From: a virus
Lineage: Duplodnaviria > Caudoviricetes
DNA length: 39,985 bases
Strand: one strand, 5' to 3'
IMG/VR virus record: IMGVR_UViG_3300043103_000132
Span: 1 to 39,985 of that record
This document shows, in pieces, positions 18,070 through 26,756 of the stretch. The position numbers were made by a program, and so were the translations under genes. Within the stretch, counting starts at the first letter, position 1. Each line of letters opens with the position of its first letter. The notes under the pieces were generated by a model. It saw nothing but the letters and a program-made list of their open reading frames with translations. It had not been told where the DNA came from and searched no databases.

Positions 18070-19035
18070 TTAGTAGGTGTTCCAGGTATTTACGCCAGTT
18101 CTGTTAACAGTAGCGGTCGCTACGTTAGATACCGTTTCGTTAGAGTAAGTTAACTTACTTACCGTAGTTAAGACAGGCGCTGCCGAACCTCCAGTGCTTC
18201 TACCGCTGGCGTAGTAAGCAGACACTCCGGCTTGCACCCCCACTCTGGCGGGGGCTCGGGCCGCTGATAATGTTGCCGATAAAGTAGAGTAGCTGGTATC
18301 ACTGGCAAAAGATATCTTAAGTATATTAGTTGGAAATGTCTGATAGGGCATTGAGTTACCGCCAGCAAGATATGCTCCAGTAGAGCCGTTTTCAGCTCCT
18401 GATGTGTTTGCCCTGGAGGTGGCTGTGGCATCTGCCCACACACTGCTCGCTGTGCTACTAGAAGTGTTAAATTTAACTAACCCCCCGTAGTAATATGGGC
18501 CGGCTGGGGTACCTCCCCCAAAGTAAATTGAAGGGCTATTGCTAAAGGTGTAGTTTCCAAAAGGGCCTATATTACTAAAACTTTGTAGGGCAGTAGATGT
18601 CGTAATAGTATCGGTTGAAAAATTCCAAGCGTTTACTATAGCACCGGACATGGCGGTCGTTGGGTTAGTGACATAGTAAGCGGCAGCGGGGGTAAACCCG
18701 CCCCTATAAGTACCTGCTAGCTGGGACGGAGTACCTAAAGTAGAAATAGTTTCCGTACCTAGGTTAAATTTATTTATAGCAGAGCCGCCTAGAAGGGCAT
18801 AGCCATTTATGTTGGAACTAAACGCTGTGCTGAGGGTGAACGCAGAGAACGTTAAGGTAGCGGATAACGTAGAAAAAGTCTCTGTGTTAAACGGCATCTT
18901 ATTTATTGCCGTTGAGCTTCCTTCACCTGGGGTAAACATCGAAGGATTAAGGGGTAAGTACCCCAAGTTTCCTACGAGCATGGAGCGGTAATCCCATTTT
19001 TCCTTAATTCCGCTTCTAGTCATAGATCTATTCAA
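18070..19035 (-). CDS. Beta-propeller-like (kelch-like repeat) putative receptor-binding tip
   Basis: About six repeats of Y/F-x-x-GG...I-x-K-x-x-F-S-T-D/E-T-x-S-T-L; probable TTG start at 19035, 10 nt after AGGAG. Confidence 0.65.
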   Translation of the reverse strand: MNRSMTRSGIKEKWDYRSMLVGNLGYLPLNPSMFTPGEGSSTAINKMPFNTETFSTLSATLTFSAFTLSTAFSSNINGYALLGGSAINKFNLGTETISTLGTPSQLAGTYRGGFTPAAAYYVTNPTTAMSGAIVNAWNFSTDTITTSTALQSFSNIGPFGNYTFSNSPSIYFGGGTPAGPYYYGGLVKFNTSSSTASSVWADATATSRANTSGAENGSTGAYLAGGNSMPYQTFPTNILKISFASDTSYSTLSATLSAARAPARVGVQAGVSAYYASGRSTGGSAAPVLTTVSKLTYSNETVSNVATATVNRTGVNTWNTY

Positions 19036-19315
19036 TTGGGACATACTCCTCGAGCTGCTCGTCAAAGATGTGGGGCTCCCCGCCTTCTGGTGGGTACTGC
19101 CCAGGCTCTATAAACCGGTCTAGCTCTTCGTCATAGGTGTAGCCAACTCCGGCAAATACCCCGCGGAAGTTGTTGTTATAAGAGGTCTTAACCCAGCGAC
19201 CGCCTAAATTTTCCATGATCCATCTGTAGCCTTCATCGCCATTAGGGTCATTGTTGTCCCCCACAATAACCCTAATTACTACATTGTCTTCATTAAGTTC
19301 AGCCCAGTGAGCCAT
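19028..19315 (-). CDS. Small acidic fibre-assembly/chaperone-like protein
   Basis: MAHWAELNEDNVVIRVIV...WVKTSYNNNFRGVFAGVGYTYDEELDRFI; follows the Gly-rich tip. Confidence 0.7.
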   Translation of the reverse strand: MAHWAELNEDNVVIRVIVGDNNDPNGDEGYRWIMENLGGRWVKTSYNNNFRGVFAGVGYTYDEELDRFIEPGQYPPEGGEPHIFDEQLEEYVPIE

Positions 19316-20388
19316 TACCCACCAACCGATGCTTTTGTATAACGGAAGATTACTATTCCAGAACCGCCGTTACCGACAGTGCCGCCCACGCTCTGTGCAG
19401 TAGTACTACTAGTAGCGTAGTAACCACCGCCGCCGCCTCCGCCGCCCGTATTCGCAGCCCCGGTAGTCGGGCCGGTGGGAGTAGCGCCCACCGATGCTTG
19501 CCCAAGTCCTGTACCCCCGCCGCCGTTGCCGCCGGCTGCGGCTCCAGCCCCCGCGTAGTAAATCCCGCCGCTTTGATAAAGACCCATGCCGCCGCCGCCG
19601 CCGCCGCCGATCCAGTAAGTTCCAGAAACATTTTGGCCCGCCGAGCAAGCTTGAAGCCACGACGAGTATGCAGAAGTGCCATTGCCGCCGCCACCGCCGG
19701 GAGATGCGGTGTTAGTAGTAGTCGTGCTTCCATTAGCACCGTTGTTACCGTTACCGGCACCACCGCCGCCACCGCCGTTACGGGACCCGTTATAAATAGC
19801 AGATCCTCCAGTACCTCCGGCACCGGCAGCTCCTGCGACAGTTGCGCCGCTACCACCTCCGCCGCCACCGCCGTTTGATGTAGGGGCCTGTGTAACAACC
19901 CCTGGGCAGCACACGCTACCGCTCCACCCGCCAAAGCCTCCTACAAGACCTTGAGTTCCACCGCCGCTGGTTGGGGTTACAGTAGACGCTGTTGCATCAA
20001 GCATGTAACCATTACTGGTGTTTTGCGCTCCACCAGCAGCTACTACTACTGAAAAACTGCCTGTGGCAAACACGGCGTTTGTCCAAACGCTAACTATTCC
20101 GGCACCGCCACCGCCACCGCCTTGGTGGGCAGCTGTATAGCTTCTTCCACCGCCGCCTCCGCCACCCACGAGCATCACATCCGCAGTAAGGGAGGCGTTT
20201 GCTGGGTAACCACCAGAAACAACTAAGCTACCGCTGGCTCTGAAAGCGCGGTAGTAATAGGTTGCGTCAGAATAAAGGGTGCCGCCTGTGACCGTAGGGT
20301 AAGGAAAATTTGGGCTATTTTCCGCAAGTGCGCTGCTGTATTTTTTAAAGGTGGAAACCCCAGAGCGCTTAAGAGATTGAATTGCCAT
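19315..20388 (-). CDS. Glycine-rich (polyglycine-II type) putative receptor-binding tip
   Basis: LVGGGGGGG, GGGGGAG, ANTGGGGGG, GNGGSGIVIFRY motifs. Confidence 0.8.
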   Translation of the reverse strand: MAIQSLKRSGVSTFKKYSSALAENSPNFPYPTVTGGTLYSDATYYYRAFRASGSLVVSGGYPANASLTADVMLVGGGGGGGRSYTAAHQGGGGGGAGIVSVWTNAVFATGSFSVVVAAGGAQNTSNGYMLDATASTVTPTSGGGTQGLVGGFGGWSGSVCCPGVVTQAPTSNGGGGGGGSGATVAGAAGAGGTGGSAIYNGSRNGGGGGGAGNGNNGANGSTTTTNTASPGGGGGNGTSAYSSWLQACSAGQNVSGTYWIGGGGGGGMGLYQSGGIYYAGAGAAAGGNGGGGTGLGQASVGATPTGPTTGAANTGGGGGGGGYYATSSTTAQSVGGTVGNGGSGIVIFRYTKASVGG

Positions 20389-20399
20389 GCGGCCGCTCC

Positions 20400-20729
20400 T
20401 TAGCTAATTTCGGACCCGAACAGGTTAAAGCTTAAGTTAGCGGTAGATGCGTAGACAGTAACTACGTCAGTTGCGGCCAGTGTGATACCCAGAGTCAATG
20501 TGGTGGAATCTGATAGGCCGACAGTAATGTCGTAAGCAATGTAGTGCTGGTTGGCTAGCGTTGCGCCGGATGGTCTAATTGCAATACGGTATGTCGCTGC
20601 GCTTGTAGTACGGTTGGCGATCACAATAGTGGAAATTACTGCATTCTTACCGGCACCTACGGTGTAGATGTCAGTTGCAGTAGTGGCTGATGGTGCCGAT
20701 TGTGCGAGAACCTTGTAAACGGTAGGCAT
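20400..20729 (-). CDS. Small beta-sandwich fibre adaptor
   Basis: IYTVGAGKNAVISTIVIAN...FNLFGSEIS; paralogue of 34604..34933. Confidence 0.7.
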   Translation of the reverse strand: MPTVYKVLAQSAPSATTATDIYTVGAGKNAVISTIVIANRTTSAATYRIAIRPSGATLANQHYIAYDITVGLSDSTTLTLGITLAATDVVTVYASTANLSFNLFGSEIS

Positions 20730-20759
20730 GTCTTATCTCCTATAGATATATATATTATA

Positions 20760-20993
20760 TTATGCGCCCATTAGTAAGAATGGATCAAGTCCGCCAGCGC
20801 TAGGCGTAGTCCAAGTAGGGCTTGTACCGGTACCTGAAGATGTAAGCACCTGACCCGCTGTACCATTACTTCCGACAGGAAGAGTTATGGGCGAGTTTGA
20901 GCCGCTAAATGTGATGCCTCCGCTAAATGTAGCTGCACCAGAATGACTAGAAGTGCTTTCTAGGGTTACTGAGGTTTTAAATACTCTTGCCAT
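20760..20993 (-). CDS. Short fibre linker protein
   Basis: GTAGQVLTSSG..SPTW fibre motif; ends PFLLMGA. Confidence 0.7.
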   Translation of the reverse strand: MARVFKTSVTLESTSSHSGAATFSGGITFSGSNSPITLPVGSNGTAGQVLTSSGTGTSPTWTTPSAGGLDPFLLMGA

Positions 20994-21002
20994 AGCTTAA
21001 GC

Positions 21003-22691
21003 CTAGCCTACAATAACGTACTGGAATCCAGTCAAGGTCTGTGAAGAAGCAAATGTAAATGTCGTAGTTCCGCTGTTGGTAGACGCATTTAGCACATCCA
21101 CTTCAACCAAGTTACCGCTAGTGTCAAAGATCTGGGCAGTAACCCACTGACCAAGGCCGTGGTTCACAACCATTGCTGTACCAGTACCAATACCGACGCC
21201 GGCTACGCGGCGAGCAGAGGTGATTGTTCCAGAAGCGGCTGTAGCTGTAGCTGTAGAAGTAGTGGTGCCTAGCGCGGTAAACGGAACAGACGTGTAAGTC
21301 ACACCAGTTACGCGACCGTAGGTGTCAACCGTGATGTCGTCTACGATAGTAGAAGAGCTTGCCGAGCCAGAGTTGCTTGCTGTAACAGTTGCAAGGTTAA
21401 CGGCATCGGCGGTTACGGTTAGCGTGGTAGAGGCAATGTCTAGCTGGTTAGGGTTAGTTCCATTAGTAACAAGACCGGCACCAGCAAGGGTGGCAGAGGA
21501 TCCAGAGAACTGTGACCAAGTAACAGCTGAGGTACCGATAGTAGTAACGATAGCGGTCTCTACGAATCCGTTACCGCCGTTTGATGTACCTGCAAGAACG
21601 TATACCAGGTCACCGGCTTCAAGCTCCGGAACCTGGTCGTTGTCAGTTGCACGAGTAAATACAAACGAAGTGGTGTTTCCAACCTCACCGACAGAGGTTA
21701 CAGTGTAAATACCGTTCTGAAGTGCAGACGCCTGGTTTTTAATTAGAACGCGGTCAGTAACAGTTAGAGACTGGCCGTCAATTGTGATAGCAGTCCAGTT
21801 TGAGGATGTTCCGATGGTAAGCGTTGCACCCTGGCCGCTAGACCCATTTGCATAGGTAGTCGTGATAGTACCGCCAACAAGGTTGCCAGTGGTGCCCAGT
21901 GCGCCAGTGGTGGCGTAGTTAACGGCATCGTGTGAGTTAAGGCCCTGGGATACGTTATCAACGTACGATTTAGTAGCGGCATCGTCTCCTGCGGTAGGAG
22001 TTCCAAGACCGGTGATCTTGCTTCCACCCATAGCGATAGCACCAGACATAGTGCCACCTGCCTTTGGAAGGGCGGCATTAGCTAGGTCGTAGGCAGACTT
22101 AACGCTGTTTGGGGTAGCGGCAGTCGTAGTGCTGGTAGACGAAGTAGAGTCAGTTAGGGAGACAATACCTGCAGTCGAGGTAGAGCCAGTAGCAACGCTT
22201 AGTGTACGGGCTGTGCCACCTGTGTAGGTAGTGCCAGCATCGTAAGAAAGTCCGGTTCCTAGGCTAAGAGCGCCTAGGGTGCTACCCAGAGAAACGCCAG
22301 AAATAGTTGAGTTAGTAAGGCCAGCGTTAGGGATTGTGGCTACAGACCCTAGAACACCGCTGCCGTTATTGGTCACATAACCAGCAGTGGTAAGCGGCGT
22401 AGTAATGGTGCCGCTAAACGTAGGCCCTGAAAGGGTAAGACCTGCAATTGTGGTAACTGTGTCACCTAGGGCTACAGAGGTGCTACCAAGTGTGAAAGAC
22501 CCAGCGCCTGAAGATATAGTCTTCCAGCCAGTGTTGTCACGGTACTTAAGGACGTGCAGGGTGGAGTCATACTGGATACGGCCAGTACCTGACGTGATGG
22601 AGTTGATAGACGTAGTCGATAGGTTACCTACCGCAGCGTCTTGAAGTTCAAGACCATTCAGGTTTATTGGGGTATAAAAATTACGAGCCAT
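21003..22691 (-). CDS. Ser/Thr/Gly-rich fibre protein
   Basis: GIVSLTDSTSSTSTTTAATPNSVK, GGTMSGAI, DAATKSYVD, DRVLIKNQ...QNGIY, ITVDTYGRVT fibre motifs. Confidence 0.85.
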   Translation of the reverse strand: MARNFYTPINLNGLELQDAAVGNLSTTSINSITSGTGRIQYDSTLHVLKYRDNTGWKTISSGAGSFTLGSTSVALGDTVTTIAGLTLSGPTFSGTITTPLTTAGYVTNNGSGVLGSVATIPNAGLTNSTISGVSLGSTLGALSLGTGLSYDAGTTYTGGTARTLSVATGSTSTAGIVSLTDSTSSTSTTTAATPNSVKSAYDLANAALPKAGGTMSGAIAMGGSKITGLGTPTAGDDAATKSYVDNVSQGLNSHDAVNYATTGALGTTGNLVGGTITTTYANGSSGQGATLTIGTSSNWTAITIDGQSLTVTDRVLIKNQASALQNGIYTVTSVGEVGNTTSFVFTRATDNDQVPELEAGDLVYVLAGTSNGGNGFVETAIVTTIGTSAVTWSQFSGSSATLAGAGLVTNGTNPNQLDIASTTLTVTADAVNLATVTASNSGSASSSTIVDDITVDTYGRVTGVTYTSVPFTALGTTTSTATATAASGTITSARRVAGVGIGTGTAMVVNHGLGQWVTAQIFDTSGNLVEVDVLNASTNSGTTTFTFASSQTLTGFQYVIVG

Positions 22692-22699
22692 TTACTTTC

Positions 22700-23095
22700 C
22701 TAAGATAGATACGCAAATCCGGTTGTGCCGAAGCCAAAGTCGATAGTTAGAGTAGTAGCGCTCGTGTAGTTCACTGTGCCCTCCATGCTGAAACCAGCGG
22801 AGTCTGTGGTAGTGACGTTAGGTTTGAAACTCAGATTGTGTGTAATGCTCCAAGTAGAGGATACCGCATTTTGCGTGTGGGTGTATGCGATAGTGGGCGT
22901 AGTTCCAGCAGGTCCTTGAGGTCCAGTAGCACCAGTAGCACCAGTAGCACCAGTAGCGCCAGCAGGACCAGTTTCTCCTGGAGGGCCTGGCTGGCCCTCA
23001 AGTACTGATATTTGAGGTGGGGGTGTTGTCGGCGTTACCGCCGGAGTTACTGTTACTGTGACAGACGGAGAGGGCGTTACTATTACGTCTACCAT
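22700..23095 (-). CDS. Collagen-repeat fibre protein with C-terminal 'THNL' domain
   Basis: About 10 Gly-X-Y triplets, then YTHTQ..SSTWSITHNL; start moved to MVDVIV at 23095 (TAATG). Confidence 0.8.
   Translation of the reverse strand: MVDVIVTPSPSVTVTVTPAVTPTTPPPQISVLEGQPGPPGETGPAGATGATGATGATGPQGPAGTTPTIAYTHTQNAVSSTWSITHNLSFKPNVTTTDSAGFSMEGTVNYTSATTLTIDFGFGTTGFAYLS
22923..22958. repeat. 9-bp tandem repeat (CCAGTAGCA) x4 encoding collagen GAT triplets
   Basis: Seen directly; last copy imperfect. Confidence 0.85.
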
Positions 23096-24159
23096 TAAGC
23101 TGTCGTCACCTCTCGGTTTACAAACACCTGACCGCGTAGGTAAGTGCGTGTAAAGGTAGGATCTGACAGAGAAGTTGCTTGGATATCCCAGGCGCATCGT
23201 ACAGGAAGAATATCAGTCTGCTCTTTAGTAAGCGACACGGTCAGCTTCTTTAGAGTCGAGCTATTTACAGCAATACCCATAGTTGCCCACAACGTAGGCG
23301 ATCCTGGGTAAGTACGGATCTGAGCCTTGAATACCAAGTCATTAAAGTTAGTGTCGTCTGGGAAGTCTAGAGTTACAGAGAAGTTGTCGCCCTCTTCAAT
23401 AACCAAGTCGTAGATTCCAACGGTAGTAGGAAGCGGCCCACGACCAGTAAGGTCGTTCTGCAAATAGACTCTCTCCGGCTTTCTGCCGTCATCAATTTCC
23501 TGAGCCATGTAAACAGGTACAAGCTTGTTCGTTGTCCTGCTCACGCGGCGTAGAACGCCCATTTCGATACGCCAGAGGCCGATGTTAAGGGCAGAACAAA
23601 TGTTGCGGTATTGTTCCTGGCGCTGGGCAATAAGTCCCATGAGCTGGCTGTAGCGCTGCGCTCGCGGGATTGTAACGCCATCCGGTGCTTGGATGTCGAT
23701 ATCGAAAGAAGCGTCTGTTGCCAGAGCGTATAGGGCCTCTATGGTAGATAAGATCGTTATTGGATAGACCTCGACCTCTGGCAACATGCTAATGTTCATC
23801 TGTCGACCGAAACCGTCTGTGCGGTTATAGGTGTGCTGGGTCACAGCAGTATTAACAAAATACTCAATTTCGGCATCAGAGAAGTATCGGTAAACGCTAC
23901 CAACTACCTTAAGGATAACGTTAGACGCAGGGGCAGTAACGGTATGAACAACACCAATACTCGCCTCAACTGTGTAGGTTGTTGGGTTGGTAAGGGTTGT
24001 GCTACCTGAAGTAACTAGAAGAGTGTTAGCATCAATCGGCTTAACGCCGAGATTAAAGTCTTTAGTTGCGCCGTCCCCCGTGAACGACTTAGTGAACTGA
24101 CGAGGCTGGTCGTTCAGTTCAGTTCTTACCTTAGCCACTAGGTCTAAGAGAGTTGCCAT
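23095..24159 (-). CDS. Head-tail adaptor with extra Ig-like domains
   Basis: LVAKVRTELND, YFSDAEI, C-terminal YDLVIEEGDNF...KAQIR...WDIQ...TYLRG (BppU-N-like); second gene after capsid. Confidence 0.7.
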   Translation of the reverse strand: MATLLDLVAKVRTELNDQPRQFTKSFTGDGATKDFNLGVKPIDANTLLVTSGSTTLTNPTTYTVEASIGVVHTVTAPASNVILKVVGSVYRYFSDAEIEYFVNTAVTQHTYNRTDGFGRQMNISMLPEVEVYPITILSTIEALYALATDASFDIDIQAPDGVTIPRAQRYSQLMGLIAQRQEQYRNICSALNIGLWRIEMGVLRRVSRTTNKLVPVYMAQEIDDGRKPERVYLQNDLTGRGPLPTTVGIYDLVIEEGDNFSVTLDFPDDTNFNDLVFKAQIRTYPGSPTLWATMGIAVNSSTLKKLTVSLTKEQTDILPVRCAWDIQATSLSDPTFTRTYLRGQVFVNREVTTA

Positions 24160-24189
24160 TTAATAGCCCCTAACGGATTCACTATAACT

Positions 24190-24225
24190 ATGGTGCCTTA
24201 AATGTAAGGAAAAGTCTGGATAAAC
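24190..24225 (-). promoter_or_regulatory. Putative late promoter GTTTAT-N24-CACCAT
   Basis: Motif spacing. Confidence 0.45.
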
Positions 24226-24250
24226 GAAACAGCGGGCACTAGGCCCGCTG
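24222..24250 (-). terminator. Intrinsic terminator
   Basis: CAGCGGGC-CTAGT-GCCCGCTG then TTTCGTTT. Confidence 0.8.
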
Positions 24251-24268
24251 AGTCGTAGGAAGCTGTGT

Positions 24269-24637
24269 CTAGTAACGAGTGGCTAGGTAGCCCTTTTGCT
24301 CTAGGTGATAAGCAACCTCTGGGGTCACTTCGTACTTCTGACCAGCCTTAAAAGTGTAGTAATTGCCAGCGCCTAGAGTCATCGATTCGATGTCCTCTGC
24401 AACTCGGATTACGACAGTCTTGCCGCTTGCGCCTGTAGTTGTGATGTCGTCTACTACGATAGTCTCAACTAGGTTTGGCTTGGTTGCGTCGAGAATTTCA
24501 GTCTCGACCTTGAAAGCTGCTTCTGCAGTAGCAAGCGCCATTTCAGTAGCGCGTTCCTGCATAGCCTCTAGATTTTCTTGCGCAAGCTTGTCGCGCTGAC
24601 GTCCTGTAAAGTCGGTTGCCTTTTTTTGTGTAGCCAC
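24269..24637 (-). CDS. Capsid-adjacent hypothetical protein
   Basis: AGGAG RBS with GTG start; FKAGQKYEV...HLEQKGY. Confidence 0.75.
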   Translation of the reverse strand: MATQKKATDFTGRQRDKLAQENLEAMQERATEMALATAEAAFKVETEILDATKPNLVETIVVDDITTTGASGKTVVIRVAEDIESMTLGAGNYYTFKAGQKYEVTPEVAYHLEQKGYLATRY

Positions 24638-24672
24638 GGGGTATTCTCCTGATTAGTAACTGATGGGGGGTG

Positions 24673-24703
24673 AAAAGTGGGGGGCCATCTCTGACCCCCC
24701 ACT
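24673..24703 (-). terminator. Terminator after the major capsid gene
   Basis: AGTGGGGGGTCA-GAGA-TGGCCCCCCACT then TTT. Confidence 0.8.
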
Positions 24704-24716
24704 AATCGGGGTACTA

Positions 24717-25784
24717 CTAGTTGGTTTCTGCAATCACAACAGCCTGGTCAGTGATTAGACCAAGACCGAAGATTGAGTACCAAGCGAGGGCGTGCTCACG
24801 ACCGAAGTCAAGAATACCGCCGTCACGAAGCTCTACTGGAAGAGAGATCGCGTGACCGAATGCGTTGTCACCAATGAAGATGGCGTCGTAGCGGTCAGAC
24901 GAACCGTTACCGGTAAAGTCGTTTGGAGTGATGTAACCTCCACCAGGAGTTACTGTGTAAGCAGCAGCTGTGTCGGTGGTGTAGTTGGTACCTGCACCGT
25001 TAGGTGTACGGCGAACCTGAGTGGTCTCGATGAATACGGTGTCGTATAGACGGCCGATCTCACCTAGCATGAAGTTACCAGGTGCAGCGTACTTGGTTAC
25101 TTCGATGAACTCTGGGTTGTCGCGTAGACGACGGCTCTGGTGTGGGTGAACGAACGCAACGTAAGTCTCACCTAGTCGTGGGATGTTCTTGGTCGAGAGT
25201 GTCTCAACTGCATCCTTGACGGTGCGAGGGCTTAGGTAGTTCTGACCGGTCATCGAAGCACGGCTTGTACCGTTAACTCCGTAAGCGTACCAGTTGTTTA
25301 CACCAGCAAGACCTGAACGGTCCTCACCGTAGATTGTAGAAGTCGCGCTGTATAGAGTGTCGCGTGACAACTTGTCTAGGTAAAGAGCCATGTTACGGCC
25401 TAGAAGACGCGAAGCTGAAGCCATTACGTCATCGAACGAAGCGTTTAGAAGAAGCTCTGATACAGCAAGTGCGTATCCGTGCTCTGAAACGGTGATCGAG
25501 AACTGCTGTGCAGTCAGTGCGTTGGTCTGCATACGTACACCTTCAACGAGCGGTGAAGCTGCTCCGAGGTTGTTGTAACGCAGGAAGTTAATCTGAAGAC
25601 CAGGTGCAACACCTAGTTCTGTCTTCTTAACTGCGAACTGCTCAAAGCGAAGGATCGGCATAGCCTGGAAAAGGATTTCCTTTGACCAGATCTGCTGAAT
25701 CGCCTGAGTTAGCTGGGTGTTTGTACCCGAGTATGAGGTTGGGGCTGCGGCTAGATTGCCGGTACCCGTAATACCTGATGCCAT
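24717..25784 (-). CDS. Major capsid protein (N4 gp56-like)
   Basis: LRFEQFA, LVEGV, YVAFVHP, GEIGRLYDTVFIET, DFGREHALAWY; strong codon bias; follows scaffold. Confidence 0.92.
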   Translation of the reverse strand: MASGITGTGNLAAAPTSYSGTNTQLTQAIQQIWSKEILFQAMPILRFEQFAVKKTELGVAPGLQINFLRYNNLGAASPLVEGVRMQTNALTAQQFSITVSEHGYALAVSELLLNASFDDVMASASRLLGRNMALYLDKLSRDTLYSATSTIYGEDRSGLAGVNNWYAYGVNGTSRASMTGQNYLSPRTVKDAVETLSTKNIPRLGETYVAFVHPHQSRRLRDNPEFIEVTKYAAPGNFMLGEIGRLYDTVFIETTQVRRTPNGAGTNYTTDTAAAYTVTPGGGYITPNDFTGNGSSDRYDAIFIGDNAFGHAISLPVELRDGGILDFGREHALAWYSIFGLGLITDQAVVIAETN

Positions 25785-25822
25785 TGGTTTGTCTCCTTAA
25801 AGACTTAGTGGTTGAGGTTGGG

Positions 25823-26632
25823 TTAGTTTCCGAACAGTCCCTGGGAGCGTCCCTGAGCCGTTGGGCTCAGTAGGCGCTGTCGATATTTAGCGTATTCGTT
25901 CATCGGCATGGCTGCAATTTCATCAGCCGTGTAGTTTCTTTGCTCCGAATTAATGTCCATTGGCCCGGCGGGAGGAGTTGTTACACTCGTTCCCTTCATT
26001 TCCTTACGAGCATTCTGCATTGCTGCTTGAGCACTCTCAAGAATACGAGCTGAGCGCTCTTTCAAGCCCTCGATGCTCTGTGCGATCTCTTCGCGGGTGT
26101 TTCCGCCTACAAGATCCAATAGTTCGGGAATGATGTTTTCCCGCTCAGCTTCCAAAACGTCAGTTTTAAAAGACTGGATGTCAGCAAATTGCTTCTCGCG
26201 CTCCAGCGTTGCAAATAGGCGTTCACGCTCCTGGCGTTCACGCTCCAACTGCTCGTTGAACTCCTGTTCCTTCTGCTTTAGAAGGTCCCGAACGTCCATC
26301 TCTGCCTCAGCCTTGGCGCGGGCTTCCGCATCCCTGGCTTCTTTCTCAGCGAGTTTAGCCTGGACCTCTTCATCTCGGAGCTTCTTTAGCTCTTCGAGTT
26401 CGGCCTTGTACTTCTCGATCTGAGGGTAGAGTTTATCCTTCTCCTGCGCACGAACTTTAGCGAGATCATCGTCAGTGTAAAACTTTGACGACTTCTCATT
26501 CTGCGTCTGGGTGAAGGTAGACGTGTCCGTAGCAATTGACGCGTCAGCGTCGGGGCTTACTACGACTGGAGTTACTCCTGCTTCGGCTTCAAAAGCCTCT
26601 GCAGCAGCTGATGGGGTTTCTGCTGTGCTCAA
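25823..26632 (-). CDS. Capsid scaffolding protein
   Basis: YTDDDLAKVRAQEKDKLY, long coiled coil, IAAMPMNEYAKYR end; TTG start. Confidence 0.85.
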   Translation of the reverse strand: MSTAETPSAAAEAFEAEAGVTPVVVSPDADASIATDTSTFTQTQNEKSSKFYTDDDLAKVRAQEKDKLYPQIEKYKAELEELKKLRDEEVQAKLAEKEARDAEARAKAEAEMDVRDLLKQKEQEFNEQLERERQERERLFATLEREKQFADIQSFKTDVLEAERENIIPELLDLVGGNTREEIAQSIEGLKERSARILESAQAAMQNARKEMKGTSVTTPPAGPMDINSEQRNYTADEIAAMPMNEYAKYRQRLLSPTAQGRSQGLFGN

Positions 26633-26714
26633 TTTATTTCCTTTATTCTATAGGTCGTTTTCCAAATGCACCTAGGTGCGTAGCTCGTATGACCGCTCAA
26701 TGGTTTCAGTATCA

Positions 26715-26751
26715 AGTATGACTTGACACTTTTGTTTTTTTGGTGCTAAAC
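26715..26751 (-). promoter_or_regulatory. Putative late promoter GTTTAG-N25-CATACT (scaffold/capsid)
   Basis: Motif spacing. Confidence 0.6.
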
Positions 26752-26756
26752 CCTAA

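Noticed and set aside
19315-20200. Many GCCGCCGCC repeats and overlapping alternative-frame ORFs
   Set aside because: Explained by polyglycine coding; not a CRISPR array or independent genes
18070-22691. Diversity-generating retroelement or invertible fibre cassette
   Set aside because: No reverse transcriptase, invertase, or adenine-variant template/variable repeat pair seen in the window
26640-26720. Hammerhead ribozyme in the scaffold leader
   Set aside because: GAAA is present but there is no CUGANGA core
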